A DNA stretch of 64,000 nucleotides from the human T2T-CHM13v2.0 reference genome, Homo sapiens: assembly GCF_009914755.1 (NCBI RefSeq), contig NC_060943.1. One strand, 5' to 3'. Under the pieces are notes generated by a model. That model was not told the origin of the DNA, searched no databases, and worked only from the letters and a program-made list of their open reading frames with translations. The translations under genes were made by a program, and so were the position numbers. Below, in pieces: positions 1-26,610 of the stretch. Positions within the stretch are counted from its first letter, which is position 1. Each line of letters starts with the position of its first letter.

Positions 1-508
1 AGGCCCCAGTAGTTAGTGGTACGGCCGGGACCCAGGCATCTGACTCCAGAGCCCATGTTCTCAGCCACCTCACTATGGACCACTCTCATGGAAATAGCAA
101 GGATATGAAGATGAGGCTTCTGGCTTGAGTGACTGGGTGGGTGGCTGGTGGACTCCGGAGACAGCACACAGAAGCAGGCAGACATGTAGGGTTTATGGAT
201 ATCTGAGAGAAAACGGCTGGTGGGCAGTACAGTAGAGAAGACTCAGGTGGATCAGGAAGAAATCTGCACCAGAAAGAGTGATTTGAAAAATAACAGCAGA
301 TTTTGGTAGAAACTGAAAGAGGCATTGAGTTGGTTTATGGAGCTATACAGAGTGGAAAGATAAGTAATTCTGAGATGGAAGCTTGGGGACAGCCACACCT
401 AAGAGGGCCCAAATTGAGACTAGAATGTGTAGCACGAGAGGAGAGCAAAGCAAGGAAGGTGTGATCTGTGGACTGATAGTGATGAAATGATAATTGTATG
501 TGTATGGG

Positions 509-1368
<860 letters not shown>

Positions 1369-1875
1369 TCAACTGTACGTTTTTATCCATGTCCTCGTTT
1401 TATATGGGATTCCCACATTCTTGCTGAGGTTCACACAGTTGTTGAGCCAGGATTTGAATCAAAGATTGAATCCAGCCTGAATTATTTCAGAGCCTTACTG
1501 TTAACCATTGTGTGGTACAGCTTCTCAGCACATAATGAGATCCCTGAAGAAGCAGGATGGAATGGGTCAAGGATACAGGGTTAGCCTAGAATGGGAAGTG
1601 GGCCAGCTCATTTTCTTGGAGGAGAAGGTAGTAAGATAGAGAGTGTGCTGTGGATGGTTGGTAGGAGGTGTTGAGGGGAGATTACTTCTGTTGTACCTAG
1701 TCTTGGTGAAGGTGGCAAGGTTATTTGCAGAGATTAATGGTTAAATTAGATGTTTGATGTGTGAAGAAATACTTTGAGAGCAGTATGGAATCTGTAATCT
1801 TACTGGTGGCTATTAGGGGATTATATTATCCTGTCTTTGAGGCTCTGCTCTGCTGATGTTCAGCCTTAGGGGTGA

Positions 1876-2788
<913 letters not shown>

Positions 2789-3102
2789 TAGTTTTAAACC
2801 ACTGGAAGACAGAGATTTAATCCTTTAAACTACTTGTGTATTTCCCCAAATGCTTATAGTTGGGCACATGCTAAGTATTTAGTCAATTCTTGCCACTGTT
2901 AATCAGTCATTTGTTAGCAGTTACAAATTTGCATAGAAGAAGAAAGCATGGATTTTTTTGTTGACAGTGAATTTTCTTTATAAACACAAGGGGGTGCTCT
3001 TTAACCATCAATGACCAGTTTAAAAAAAGTTTAAAGTCATTTTAAAGCCTTAGAAGGAAGCCTGCATAAGGCAAATTGCTACAGGAACAGTAATACATTT
3101 TA

Positions 3103-3420
<318 letters not shown>

Positions 3421-3509
3421 TTAGCTATCCTTTAAAATTTAAAGATTCTTTTTAAGATTTATTTTCCCTAAAAATACAAGACTTAAAAAAATATGTGTAT
3501 TATTCCTAG

Positions 3510-3683
3510 GTAACTCCAGAAGATCCCGGAGCTCAGTTCTTGATTCGTACTGGGTCTGTTGGCCGAAATAGGGCTGAAGCCTCTTTGGAGCGAGCTCAGA
3601 ATCTCAACCCCATGGTGGATGTGAAGGTGGACACTGAGGATATAGAGAAGAAACCAGAGTCATTTTTCACTCAATTCGATGCT
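3510..3683 (+). CDS. SAE1: SAE1 coding exon (exon 3), 174 nt, phase 0/0: VTPEDPGAQFLIRTGSVGRNRAEASLERAQNLNPMVDVKVDTEDIEKKPESFFTQFDA
   Basis: Acceptor tattcctag|G and donor GCT|gtaagt. The 58 open codons match the ThiF/E1-like domain of human SAE1 as I recall it. Upstream exons are outside the window. Confidence 0.97.
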
Positions 3684-4446
3684 GTAAGTTTCTTATTATA
3701 AAATCTGCTGTGGGAATTAAACAAATTAAGGTGCTAGTTGTATATACTTTCAAATCCCAAAGCAATCTGAGAGCATTCAAATATCAAATTCTGAGCTTTT
3801 TCCCAAGAAAATGTATAAGCTGTTCTATTGTTTAGGCTTAGTATATTGTGTGAATGTGTTGCTAGAGAGGTCCAGTCTGTTGCATCTGCTGTAGTTGTTG
3901 GTGACTTGCTGTCTGCTGGCTTCTTCTCTGGGCATATGTTCCCTCAGCCAGGTTTCGTCTTTGGTGTTTTGTCTTCCTTCCAGAATCTTTGCACATAACT
4001 TTAATCCATGTTATTGCAAATGTTTTCTTCCGAAAACTTAACAAGTTGGTGATTAATTTCTGTGGCAGCGGCATTTTTTTGTTAGAAATATCAAACTACA
4101 GCTTGTGTTTTGTCTTAAGAAAAGCACACCTGATCTTGATCTATGTCTGTCTGTCTGTTTCTCACAGTCACATTGACCATGTTGCCATGGATAACTAGAG
4201 AAAAATCACTGTAGTCGTAAGTCAAATGAGGCATATCCAGCCTCATTTAGTTTCACTGCCAAATCTATGCGGAGGTGAAAGGATAAATTCTTTGTCAATA
4301 TCTGCAACCTTTCAGACATAGTTCCCTGCATTCTGGAAAAGCTTAACAAATCTTGATAAATGTGAAATAGTCATAGATGAGCTACTAGTTTTTTAAATGA
4401 AAGGCCCCAGTATGTTACATGAGAGGTTAGAATTTGGGTTGGGTAG

Positions 4447-4903
<457 letters not shown>

Positions 4904-6092
4904 GTTTTTACACTTTTCTATTTCATATGTGCATCTGTTCAAATATGGGCTTGGAAGGATGGATCATCTGTGCATTTGTCCTGTTTTCTTTTTCCTAGTC
5001 CCTTCTATTTTTTAACTTGAGGTATTGGGACACTTTCCATTTGGACATAAGTCTTCATTTTCTTATCTGTAGTAACCACATTTATTTTATGCCAGGTGTC
5101 CCTTGAACTTGTAGAGTTAGAGGGTTTGTTAAAACTGAAGTGTGAGGCCAGTTGATTGTGTAATGCGTGTGCATGGGGCCATGTTGACCGCCTTGCAGGC
5201 CGTGTTTGGCTGGTCCTTGCAGGTTTTATAGTTACTTTAGACTCTGCAGGGTTCCATTTGATCAATTGGTTGCATGTTCACCTGTGGATTTCTTACTTTT
5301 TAGATGGGATTTTTCCTTGGGTGGCTGCATTCTTTGAAACACCAAAGGAACACATTTCTCTGTGAGTGTTATTTCGGTATTCAGGCTGCTAGACAACAGC
5401 AAAGAGGGTCTATCAAGTGAAAATGTCCTTTTGTTCAGGAGAAAGCATGTGCAATTTGGAAGTTGTCTTTTGACCATGATCACAAAGCTTCTCCCGAAAA
5501 GATGGTATTTTGTGCAGTAGAACTTAGCCATTTCCAATACCTCAACTTACTGGAATACAACCTGGAGGCCCCAGAGCAACACTGATAATTCCACTGAGTG
5601 GATCACCAGTTCATTGTCTAAGCCTGAATGGAAGGTCACTTGGTCTGTAACCTTTTCTTTTGTCCTTAAATTCAGATAAAGTTTCACACCGCAATCTGTG
5701 GAAAAATGATCTCAACAGGACTTGTTTATCTTCTTTATCTTAACATATCAATCAAAAGGAGGGGGGTAAAAAGCCCTTGTATTTAAACATGACCTTTGGG
5801 TCAATTTAAAAAACTGGTTTTGCTTGTCCCTGTAGCTTATTTGGATTTTAATAGATTTAGCAGTATAGAAACAACTTGCTAAGTTATTTTTTTTATGAGA
5901 ACTATGAAATGTGTATATGTTCGTGGATTACAGAAAACATTTGTTGAATGGCTTTTACTTTTTAGCTAAACACATTTTATTTTGGCTGCAGAACGTGACG
6001 GTCTCATAACTTATATTTTCTACACATTGAAACCTGCAACTTTTCTTTTGTCTTCTAGCCATAGGGCCCAAAGAACCTGTTGTACCAGTTTG

Positions 6093-6113
6093 AAACATGC
6101 TTTGAGCATGCCC
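6093..6113. promoter_or_regulatory. Candidate p53-family response element AAACATGCTT-t-GAGCATGCCC
   Basis: Two mismatch-free RRRCATGYYY half-sites with a 1-bp spacer. Function is not shown. Confidence 0.45.
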
Positions 6114-6205
6114 AGAGAGACTGTTCATTAAGATTTATTTAGACATCAGGGCAGTGATTCACAGTTTGCAAAACTCAAACCCAGCCAATTTCTTTCTTTC
6201 TGCAG

Positions 6206-6348
6206 GTGTGTCTGACTTGCTGCTCCAGGGATGTCATAGTTAAAGTTGACCAGATCTGTCACAAAAATAGCATCAAGTTCTTTACAGGAGATGTTTTTGG
6301 CTACCATGGATACACATTTGCCAATCTAGGAGAGCATGAGTTTGTAGA
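6206..6348 (+). CDS. SAE1: SAE1 coding exon (exon 4), 143 nt: VCLTCCSRDVIVKVDQICHKNSIKFFTGDVFGYHGYTFANLGEHEFV(E)
   Basis: Acceptor tctttctttctgcag| and donor AGA|gtaagt. The frame continues from the previous exon. Confidence 0.97.
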
Positions 6349-6434
6349 GTAAGTGTTGGGAGAGGAGGGGAGAACATAACATTTTCTCCTTTTTATACTT
6401 TTTTTTTTTAAATTATGTATTTATTTATGTGTAG

Positions 6435-6569
<135 letters not shown>

Positions 6570-7089
6570 TGAGAGATAGTAAAATGATTACAAAATAGTT
6601 GGGCGATTCTGGAGGCATATTCAACCAAAGTCTACCTTGGAAAAGGTGTCCAATATCCAGAGAGACTCCTCTGGTAGAACAAACAGACCTCATCCTCTCA
6701 TTTTGAACACTGAGGCTGCAGAACTTGGTAATTCTTACATGACAGGACTTGCCGTGTTTTGACTTTGTAGTCTCTAGGTGAAAGATGGCAGATGATACAT
6801 TATTGTAAAACTATATGAGTTAGGTATTTTGGCTGCAGTTTCTGACCACCCCCTCCAAAACCCTCCAACTTGCTAATTGAGAGGGAAAGACAGGCTCTGT
6901 GAGATAGGAGCTTCCTACCAAGAGACTGAGAACTCTTCTCTTGTTCAGCCTCTCAGGCAAGTCACTGAAATTTCTCTGGTCTCCAAGTTTCTTGCCTGTA
7001 AAATCAAGATGGGGGAAGGACAGTCATGTTCCAGACATCTCCTAACTCTAGTGTTTTATGGCTTTAGGATAATCTAGTTCTTTGGGCAT

Positions 7090-8105
<1,016 letters not shown>

Positions 8106-8422
8106 AGTTTGGCTATTTATTTCATGATTCAAGTAGAGTGTTTACAAAGTAATCACTTTGATTTATTGAGAGCAGCTGTGTGCCCAGCAGTGTGCTGAGC
8201 AACTTACGCTGCTCTGTTTTTCCCACAATAATTTCCTGAGTGCCCAACAGTGTACCAGACTCATCATGTTATCAATGGCAGAGCTCGATTTGAACCGAGA
8301 TCTGACTCCAAAGCTTTTGCCCTTAACCACCATCCCGATCTGTGACCTGGAGAGGCTTTTTTTGATTCCAATAACATGATTCCTAGGGTAAAATTACATT
8401 CTCTCCCCTTGTCACCCTCTAG

Positions 8423-8522
8423 GGAGAAAACTAAAGTTGCCAAAGTTAGCCAAGGAGTAGAAGATGGGCCCGACACCAAGAGAGCAAAACTTGATTCTTC
8501 TGAGACAACGATGGTCAAAAAG
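8423..8522 (+). CDS. SAE1: SAE1 coding exon (exon 5), 100 nt: (E)EKTKVAKVSQGVEDGPDTKRAKLDSSETTMVKK; contains the basic monopartite NLS-like KRAK
   Basis: Acceptor gtcaccctctag| and donor AAG|gtatgt. The peptide is visible inside ORF 8376..8708. Confidence 0.97.
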
Positions 8523-8736
8523 GTATGTGTAACGTGGGGGCAGAGGTCAGAAACCCTGGGGCCTTGGAGGGGTCAGGCAATGACGATTGAAAAGGATAAG
8601 AGCAAGCACTTCTTGAAGGGGTGGGGCGGGTGCTTGTCCCATCTAAAGGGAGGCTGCCACAGCTTAGTGTCAGCCAGCTGTTGCTGTGAGGGAATGTGGG
8701 CCCAGTGATTCCAGATGGGATTTTTCAAGACAATGA

Positions 8737-10068
<1,332 letters not shown>

Positions 10069-11389
10069 TAATGTAGTTTATATTAGGGGCTCAGCCTCTA
10101 TTTGGATTAGGTGCAATAATTACATTTATAGAAAGGAGTGGAGAAGGGATCAGAAGACGATGGTTTCTGTAGCTAGTGCTGGAATCTGAGATGGGAACCA
10201 TGCGATGGGGAAAGCAAGATGAAGGGGCCAGAATTGGTTTCATTGAACTGAGAGGAAAGACATGACCAAGCCCATATTTACTCTTTGCTTTGTAGATTTA
10301 AATGTTGAGAAAGAAAAACAGCTGGTCAGAATGTTGAGTTAAATTACGCTAACGAGGGGATTCTAAAGAGTGCAGAAACCACAAAAGAGACTGCAGAAAA
10401 CCACAAAAGTGGAACTCTCAGACTCTCCAGCAAGGCGGCGTTGGAGATTTTCTTTCTCATTTTGTGTTTGTGTTGGAGTAGTTTGGTGCTGTAAGTGTGA
10501 TACAGAGGAATTAAGCCCTAATTTTAGTGTCTATTCACAGAACCATAATTATCCAGAGTGAACCTTGGTGTTTTGGCCAAAACTTGGGTGCCTTTCTTTC
10601 TTTTTGAGGCCCAGTCAAGATTTATCTGAATAGCTCCGTGAATTTGGTGGGGGGAGATAAATTGTTAACAAACGGAGGAGTACAAAAGCTGCTTTGTGGG
10701 TGCTGTCAGTTTATAAATCACACCCTCTTACAAGTGTGACACTTGGCCTTGGTGTGAAGGGTTTTATGGCTTAAGGGCCTTCTCTGATTGAGGCAGGTCT
10801 TTCACATTCAAATGGAGAGAGTGCCTAGCTTTGTTAGCCATTCACAGCTGGAAGTTTCCCTGGAGTCAGTTCTGATGGTGCCCACTGGGGTGGATCTGGA
10901 AACCTCTTTTGGGAACCACTTTATCTCGCTATGAGGAGAATGTGGGCAGCCCAGGCCTTTGCCCACCATTCCGGAGGGCCCTACAGGCACAGAGGTTTTT
11001 GTGCAGCCTCTTCCTACGTGGAGCTGAGCTGGAAGGTATCAAAATATTCCCCAGCTGACATTGTTAGTCAGCTGTTACACTTGAACAATGCAGGCTCGGA
11101 TTCCAACCCCAAGCCCTTAAGGTTACGAGGCATTCAGTGCATTCCTGCTGACAATCCCTGGGATTCCAAACCTTGCCTTTGTGCAGCCTCACCAAGGGCC
11201 CTGCGGACCGACTGGGCTGGACTGGGTTTTGGCCATGGCTTTGTCACCTTGCAATAACATGCCTCCTTCCGTTTTGGCACAGATGGCCCTGTGATTTCAA
11301 GGTTCTCTTCCAACACCAAAGATTCCTTGATTCAGATGCTGCCCTTTTGCCTAATTGTACAGAATAACTAGTTGGGTTGTGCTCAGAGA

Positions 11390-11640
11390 GTGCAGGGTGG
11401 GGGTGGGGAAGCAGCTACTTCCTGTTTCCTGTGAAAGGTTTTCTGGTTAGGGTTCCCTTCCCCTCCCCGCTTTCCCTAGGTTTAACCAAAGGTTGTAAAG
11501 CCACTTTTGCTTCAAGGTACACTTTGTGCTCCTAAATTAGTAACGTTGAAAAACAAAAAGGAAAAACAGCCTGTGGTTTTCACACCCTCTAGGAAGCTGG
11601 TGGGCCTTTCTAGCACCTGTGCCATTCTGATAAATAAGGG
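11390..11640. promoter_or_regulatory. Candidate haematopoietic-type enhancer (ETS x2, RUNX, CACCC, E-box-N8-GATA)
   Basis: Motifs read directly from the sequence inside a 2.8-kb Alu-free stretch. Confidence 0.3.
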
Positions 11641-12859
11641 CTTAGGAAAATGCCTAGCCCAGAAATAGGTGCTCAGTAGTTTGTTTGCTTCCTTTGGTGC
11701 TCAGGAGAAGATTTGAGACGGATTTCGTCACAATCAGGTCTCGGGCACAAGCCTCACATGGACACTGACATGCAGGAGCCAGAGGAGACAGCAATGAGGT
11801 GGTGGTAAGGAAGTGCCCAAAAAGGTTTCCCAGAGGAAGAGTTGTTTGTGTTGGCATGTGAGGGACAAGCTTTCCAGGCACCAGAGCCAAGAGCAGTGCT
11901 CTGTCCGAGGAAGTAGGATAAACCGAAAGACGGACGTAGGGGCAGAGTTGCTGTGGCTGCCCTCACTGCCGCAGCCAGCTCCTTCCATGAGTTGCAGAAT
12001 GCCTACTGTGTGCAAGGCACTGTGTTGAGTGCAGGGAATCACATCCAGTCTTGTTGTCCCCATCTATAGCTGATAAAGAAGCTATGAGAAATTAAGTGAC
12101 CTGACCAAGGCCACACAGCTGTGGAAGAAGGGGCGAGAGCATAGACAGTGGGTAAGGGCATAGGCTCACCCTATGATTTACAAAGAGGGATACCCCTGAA
12201 GTTGCTAGGGTAACGTGACATATTAGGAGGATGGTGGGATAAAATATGTGAACATCGGGATCATTCTGGAAAACCTTTAGGATAAAAGGCCACTGTCATG
12301 CTCCCATGTTCACGTTTCTTTATTGTGAGTTATCTGTGTTAGGTGCTGCCAGAGATGATGAGATGCCTGACAGTGGTTACTCTGTAATAGCTCTTTAAAA
12401 ATTAAAGACAAAGTAGGGTTTGTTCCTGACTGTACTAGAAATACAGATTTAATTTTACCTCTGCTCCTGAAATAGGTGACTAATTTGGAGTACTATTAAT
12501 ACTCTTTTCATGAATTAGTTGAGAAATTCCACAGTTGAGGAGTGATTCATTCTTTTGACTCCCTCTTTCTGAGCAATTTGTTGACAGCCTTCTCATCCTC
12601 TCTTACACCCGTCATTAAAGAAACAGTCGAGTTCTTTTTCTTTCATGTGGTACCTTGGTTTCCACTGCTGGTGGCCCTTAGGTTGCTTGTCTCTGTCTCC
12701 CCGCTTCCATTTTAAGCTCCATAGGGGGAAGGTAGTCTTGTTCACTGCTAGACTCCTAGTCCAGTGTCTAGCACAGTCATATCCACGGAATATTTGTTCA
12801 GTGTACTGGTGGCTGTTAACTGCAGCATAATCCAGCAACCCTGGAGATTATTTTCTTCC

Positions 12860-14622
<1,763 letters not shown>

Positions 14623-15244
14623 ATATTTTTTTTATTGTGACATTTAATGCACAAAAGAAGATATGCAGCATCAATGCAGATAATGGAACAAAACAAACAC
14701 TATCCGCCTTAAAAACACAAATATTTTTGGTACTTTTGTACCAATCTGTATGCTGTTTCTCTATCTTCTACTTCTTCTCCCTGTACCCTCACCAGGTAAG
14801 TAACCCCAGAGCTGCTGGTACATTTGTGTGGATTAAAAAAGACACCTGGAAGGGGCAGATACAGCCCTGCTTGACTTCCTGTTTTATCACGTGTTTATAA
14901 ATCTAAACAATGACATGGAACTTATTATACAATATTTTAGGCATAAATTAAGAATGATTTCGCTCACCATCATAGACCTACCACTCAATTTGAAGCATCA
15001 AACATTACTGGTATGGTGAGGCCCTCTGGCTGTCCCTCCAACAGAAGTTACCACCCTCCTCAGTTGGGTTTCTCATTCCTATGCATTTCTTCTTACTACT
15101 TATGTATGTATTTCCAAGCAACACATAGAATTGCTTTGCATGCTTTTTATCTTCTTAAAAATTGGTTTTATATTGTATGCATGGTGCCACCTGCTTTTAA
15201 GGAGAAGCAACACGTTTGTGAGGCCATCTGTTTATATGTTGTTC

Positions 15245-15455
15245 TAGGGCTTTGCTGTCCATTTTGGTAGCCACTAGCCACAGCTGGCTGTTTAAATTAA
15301 TTAAAATCAAATCAAATCAAATATTTAGTTCCTCAGTCTCACTGGTCACATTTCAAGTGGCCAGTAAGCACATGTGGCCATTGGCATCTGTATTGCATAG
15401 CACAGATTACATTCTGTTCCATCATCACAGCTAGTTCTCTTGGACAGCCCTGCAG
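15245..15455. mobile_element. MER3-like hAT-Charlie DNA transposon relic
   Basis: gctgtcca...gtagccactagccaca...cacatttcaagtg...cacatgtggc...ttggacagc. Confidence 0.7.
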
Positions 15456-15499
15456 GGCATTTCTTTTTGGTTTTTGTTTTGTTTTTATTTTTGTTTTTT

Positions 15500-15850
15500 G
15501 CTAGAGTCTTTGTTGTGTAAATACATTACTATTTTATATCCATTTTTCTATTTATAAGCATTTGGGTATGCTCATAATTTGCTGTTACAAATTGTGCTGC
15601 ATAAGCATTTTGTTTGTGTGTGTATAGATGATCTCCTTGGGCAATTGTGTTAATTTCTCTTGGGTATATACCTGGGAGTAAAATTAAGATAAGGGCATTT
15701 TCAGCTTTACCAGACCCCGTTAAGTTACTCTCAAGTGGTTTTATCAATTTATATTCTAGAACCAACATTATGTATCAGTAACATTTGGTAACTTCAGGCG
15801 TTTTTTTTCCATTCTGCTGAGTGTGAAAAATGTGTTTTGATTATGGTTGT
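15500..15850 (-). mobile_element. Old L1 (L1ME-like) 3' fragment
   Basis: atttctcttgggtatatacctgggagta...caatttatattc, typical antisense L1M 3' end sequence. Confidence 0.55.
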
Positions 15851-16019
15851 CATTTGTTAGAATACTTTGTTAAAGCTTTTTAAAGATTCTTGGTCCCTCT
15901 ACCCTCCCCACCCCCTACCCCAGGAATTTTGATTGGGTAGGACCTGGGGATTATATTCATCTTTATATGCAGAATTATATTACTTGTTACTGTTAGGCCT
16001 GATTTAAGAAGTAAAATAA

Positions 16020-16310
16020 GGCTGGGTGCAGTGGCTCATGCCTGTAATCCCAGCACTTTGGGAAGCCAAAGTGGGCACATCACTTGAGCCCAGGAGTTTG
16101 AGACCAGCCTGGGCAATGTGGCTAAAACCCCTTCTCTACCAAAAATACAAAAATTAGCTGGGCGTGGTAGCACGTGCCAGTGGTCTCAGCTACTGGGGAA
16201 GCTGAGGCGGGAGGATTGCCTGAGCCTGGCAAGTGTAGGCAGCAGTGAGCTGAGATTGTGCCACTGTAGTACATCCTGGGTGACAGAGCAACACACTGTC
16301 TCAAAAAAAA
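16020..16310 (+). mobile_element. Sense AluJ-like element
   Basis: Alu consensus flanked by the duplication aagtaaaataag. Confidence 0.85.
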
Positions 16311-16479
16311 ATTTTTTTTTAAGTAAAATAAGTTCATAATTCCAAATGTGGAAAATGCAGAACAAGTTAATGAAATGTTAATCCTACTACCAAATGATAA
16401 CTATAACCTTCCTTTCAGTATTTTTCTATGTATATACAACAAAATTGGGGCACTGTTTAATACAGATAATATATATAGT

Positions 16480-18791
<2,312 letters not shown>

Positions 18792-20269
18792 TAGGCAGAG
18801 GTATTCTTGAGCTGAGGAAGTGGAGGAGAGGAGGTATGTAAGTTACCTGTTTTCAGGGGTTCATTCCAGTGGATAGTGGATGCCACTCCCTGGCAGACAC
18901 TGTGGGTGCCTCACCTGAAAGACTCCTGATTCCCTGAAGGCATTGTCGGGTGTATTTTTTCTTTATAAGCGTAATGCCAGTGGAGTGGGTAAGACAGGTA
19001 CCACCTTTTGCATCTGCTGCTACAGATTAGGCAGCTTGGTTAAGTTTTGTTTTGTTTTTAATTGTTATGAGTTAGTTTGAACCAAAAGGATTGTTAAGTG
19101 GAGTGTAAGAAGCACTGAATAACTACTGTTATCTGAGAGGAGTAGTAAAGACCAGGGCCACTGGGCAATCCCAGAGGCATTAGGAATTTGTGGCCTTTCC
19201 CTTTAGAGCATTGTCATTATGTGTATCTGCATCTCTGCATTCCAACTTTCACATTTTCAGTTCCCAGGAGAGAGAATCTGATTGGCCTGGTTGGGGTCCT
19301 GTGCCCACTTCTGGCTGTCACCTGTGGCTTTCTTCCCTCAGTTGTAGACCACACTCTGGATACCTGGGACCCCTGAAATCTCCTGCCCAGACAACCCCAA
19401 GCTTCTCAGGACTTTTTGTGGGCTGCTTCCCTGTTCTGCCTGTGCAGTGCAGGCCTTGTCACAATGTCTGAATGCTTAGGCCAGAGACGTGGGGGTTTGG
19501 TGAGAAAGGATGAGCTGGGTAGCTACACTCAAGTGCAGAGCCACCAGTATTGTGGGACAGAGCCAGGCATGGGAAGAGAAGTGGGCACGGATGGGGGCCA
19601 GCTTTCCCGATGTGCCTTAATCTGGCACAGAACTCCTAAGGAGTGTGAAAATTTCAAATTTGATCCAGGCCTTCCAGGTGGTTATGAAGAAGGCGAGTTT
19701 GTCAAGACAGGATAATACAATATACTTCATTTAATAGCTTGTTAGTGTGATTTATAACTAAATATGTAGACATCATATATGGGTCTTCATTCATACTCTT
19801 GCCCCAGGCCCTGAAAGTGTTAGCTAACAGGCAAGACCTGCCTGGGACTGAGATTCTAAAACACAACCTCCACCCCCAACTCCGTTTCATCATATAGTAG
19901 CCTAACATATTAGTTGGTTCGTTGCTTATAGTCAGGCAAACAACAAAGACTCCGAATTGAGCTCTTGGTAATTTTTGAAACCTGCCTGGTAATACTGTGT
20001 TTCCTCATTCTGATGGCATTCCCAGACCATATTGCAAATGACTTGATGTGTATTTTCAGACTTGTTGAGAAGGGCCTGGTGGTCTATATAGCAGGCATAA
20101 AATGTCACCAGGCCGACTTCATGACTTATCTTTTGAGGTCAAACAGACCCATTGACCAAAAGATTTGAGGGCAGTGAAAACATCTTGTATACTATCTTTA
20201 ACAATGGATTTAACTCCTAAAGGAAAGCCACCTAAACATGACTGTTTAATCTTCACTAGCAATTTGAAC

Positions 20270-22857
<2,588 letters not shown>

Positions 22858-23129
22858 AGTGAGAGTTAAAGGGCCAGAGTGGAAGCAGGTCTTTGGAAGC
22901 TTGGCTCTGTCTTCCTTCAGTGCAGGGAGTTTGTGTTGTCCATCCCCAGCCTCTACAGAAGCACACAGTGAGTGTTCAATAAGCATTTCTTGGATCAAAT
23001 GGCCCCTGCTTCTTTTAATGGTCAGTAAACTTTAAATAATGAGATTTTTCTGCAATAGAGAAGAGCAACTGCCTTGTGATTGGAAGCCAGCATATGTTAT
23101 TCCTAAGCAGTTCTGCCTTTTTTCCACAG

Positions 23130-23235
23130 AAGGTGGTCTTCTGCCCTGTTAAAGAAGCCCTGGAGGTGGACTGGAGCAGTGAGAAAGCAAAGGCTGCTCT
23201 GAAGCGCACGACCTCCGACTACTTTCTCCTTCAAG
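23130..23235 (+). CDS. SAE1: SAE1 coding exon (exon 6), 106 nt: KVVFCPVKEALEVDWSSEKAKAALKRTTSDYFLLQ(V)
   Basis: Acceptor ttttttccacag| and donor AAG|gtgagg. The peptide is visible inside ORF 23076..23282. Confidence 0.97.
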
Positions 23236-23518
23236 GTGAGGTCTCAAAGCACAACTTACCCCGGGAGAGCTTTTGGCTCTGATTTCTGCAAATGTGGTTG
23301 CAAGGTCCAGATGGTTTTGTGATGTTTGCCTTGGGTGGCATTCTTCATTGGCTAGTTCTCAGTGATCACTTGAGAAAGGGGTGGTCACTTGAAGGGGGTG
23401 AGGTCTACCATTGAGCTCTGGGTTCTAATGACTTCTCCTTTTTTTACTTGTTGAAATGACCTCCCTGTCAAGTTGACCTTATGGTAATAGTGTTACAGGT
23501 CACAGATTGAGAAACCTC

Positions 23519-26610
<3,092 letters not shown>

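Noticed and set aside
11852-11872. Second p53-like site TGGCATGTGA-G-GGACAAGCTT
   Set aside because: The first half-site has several mismatches and there is a spacer, so it is far weaker than 6093-6113.
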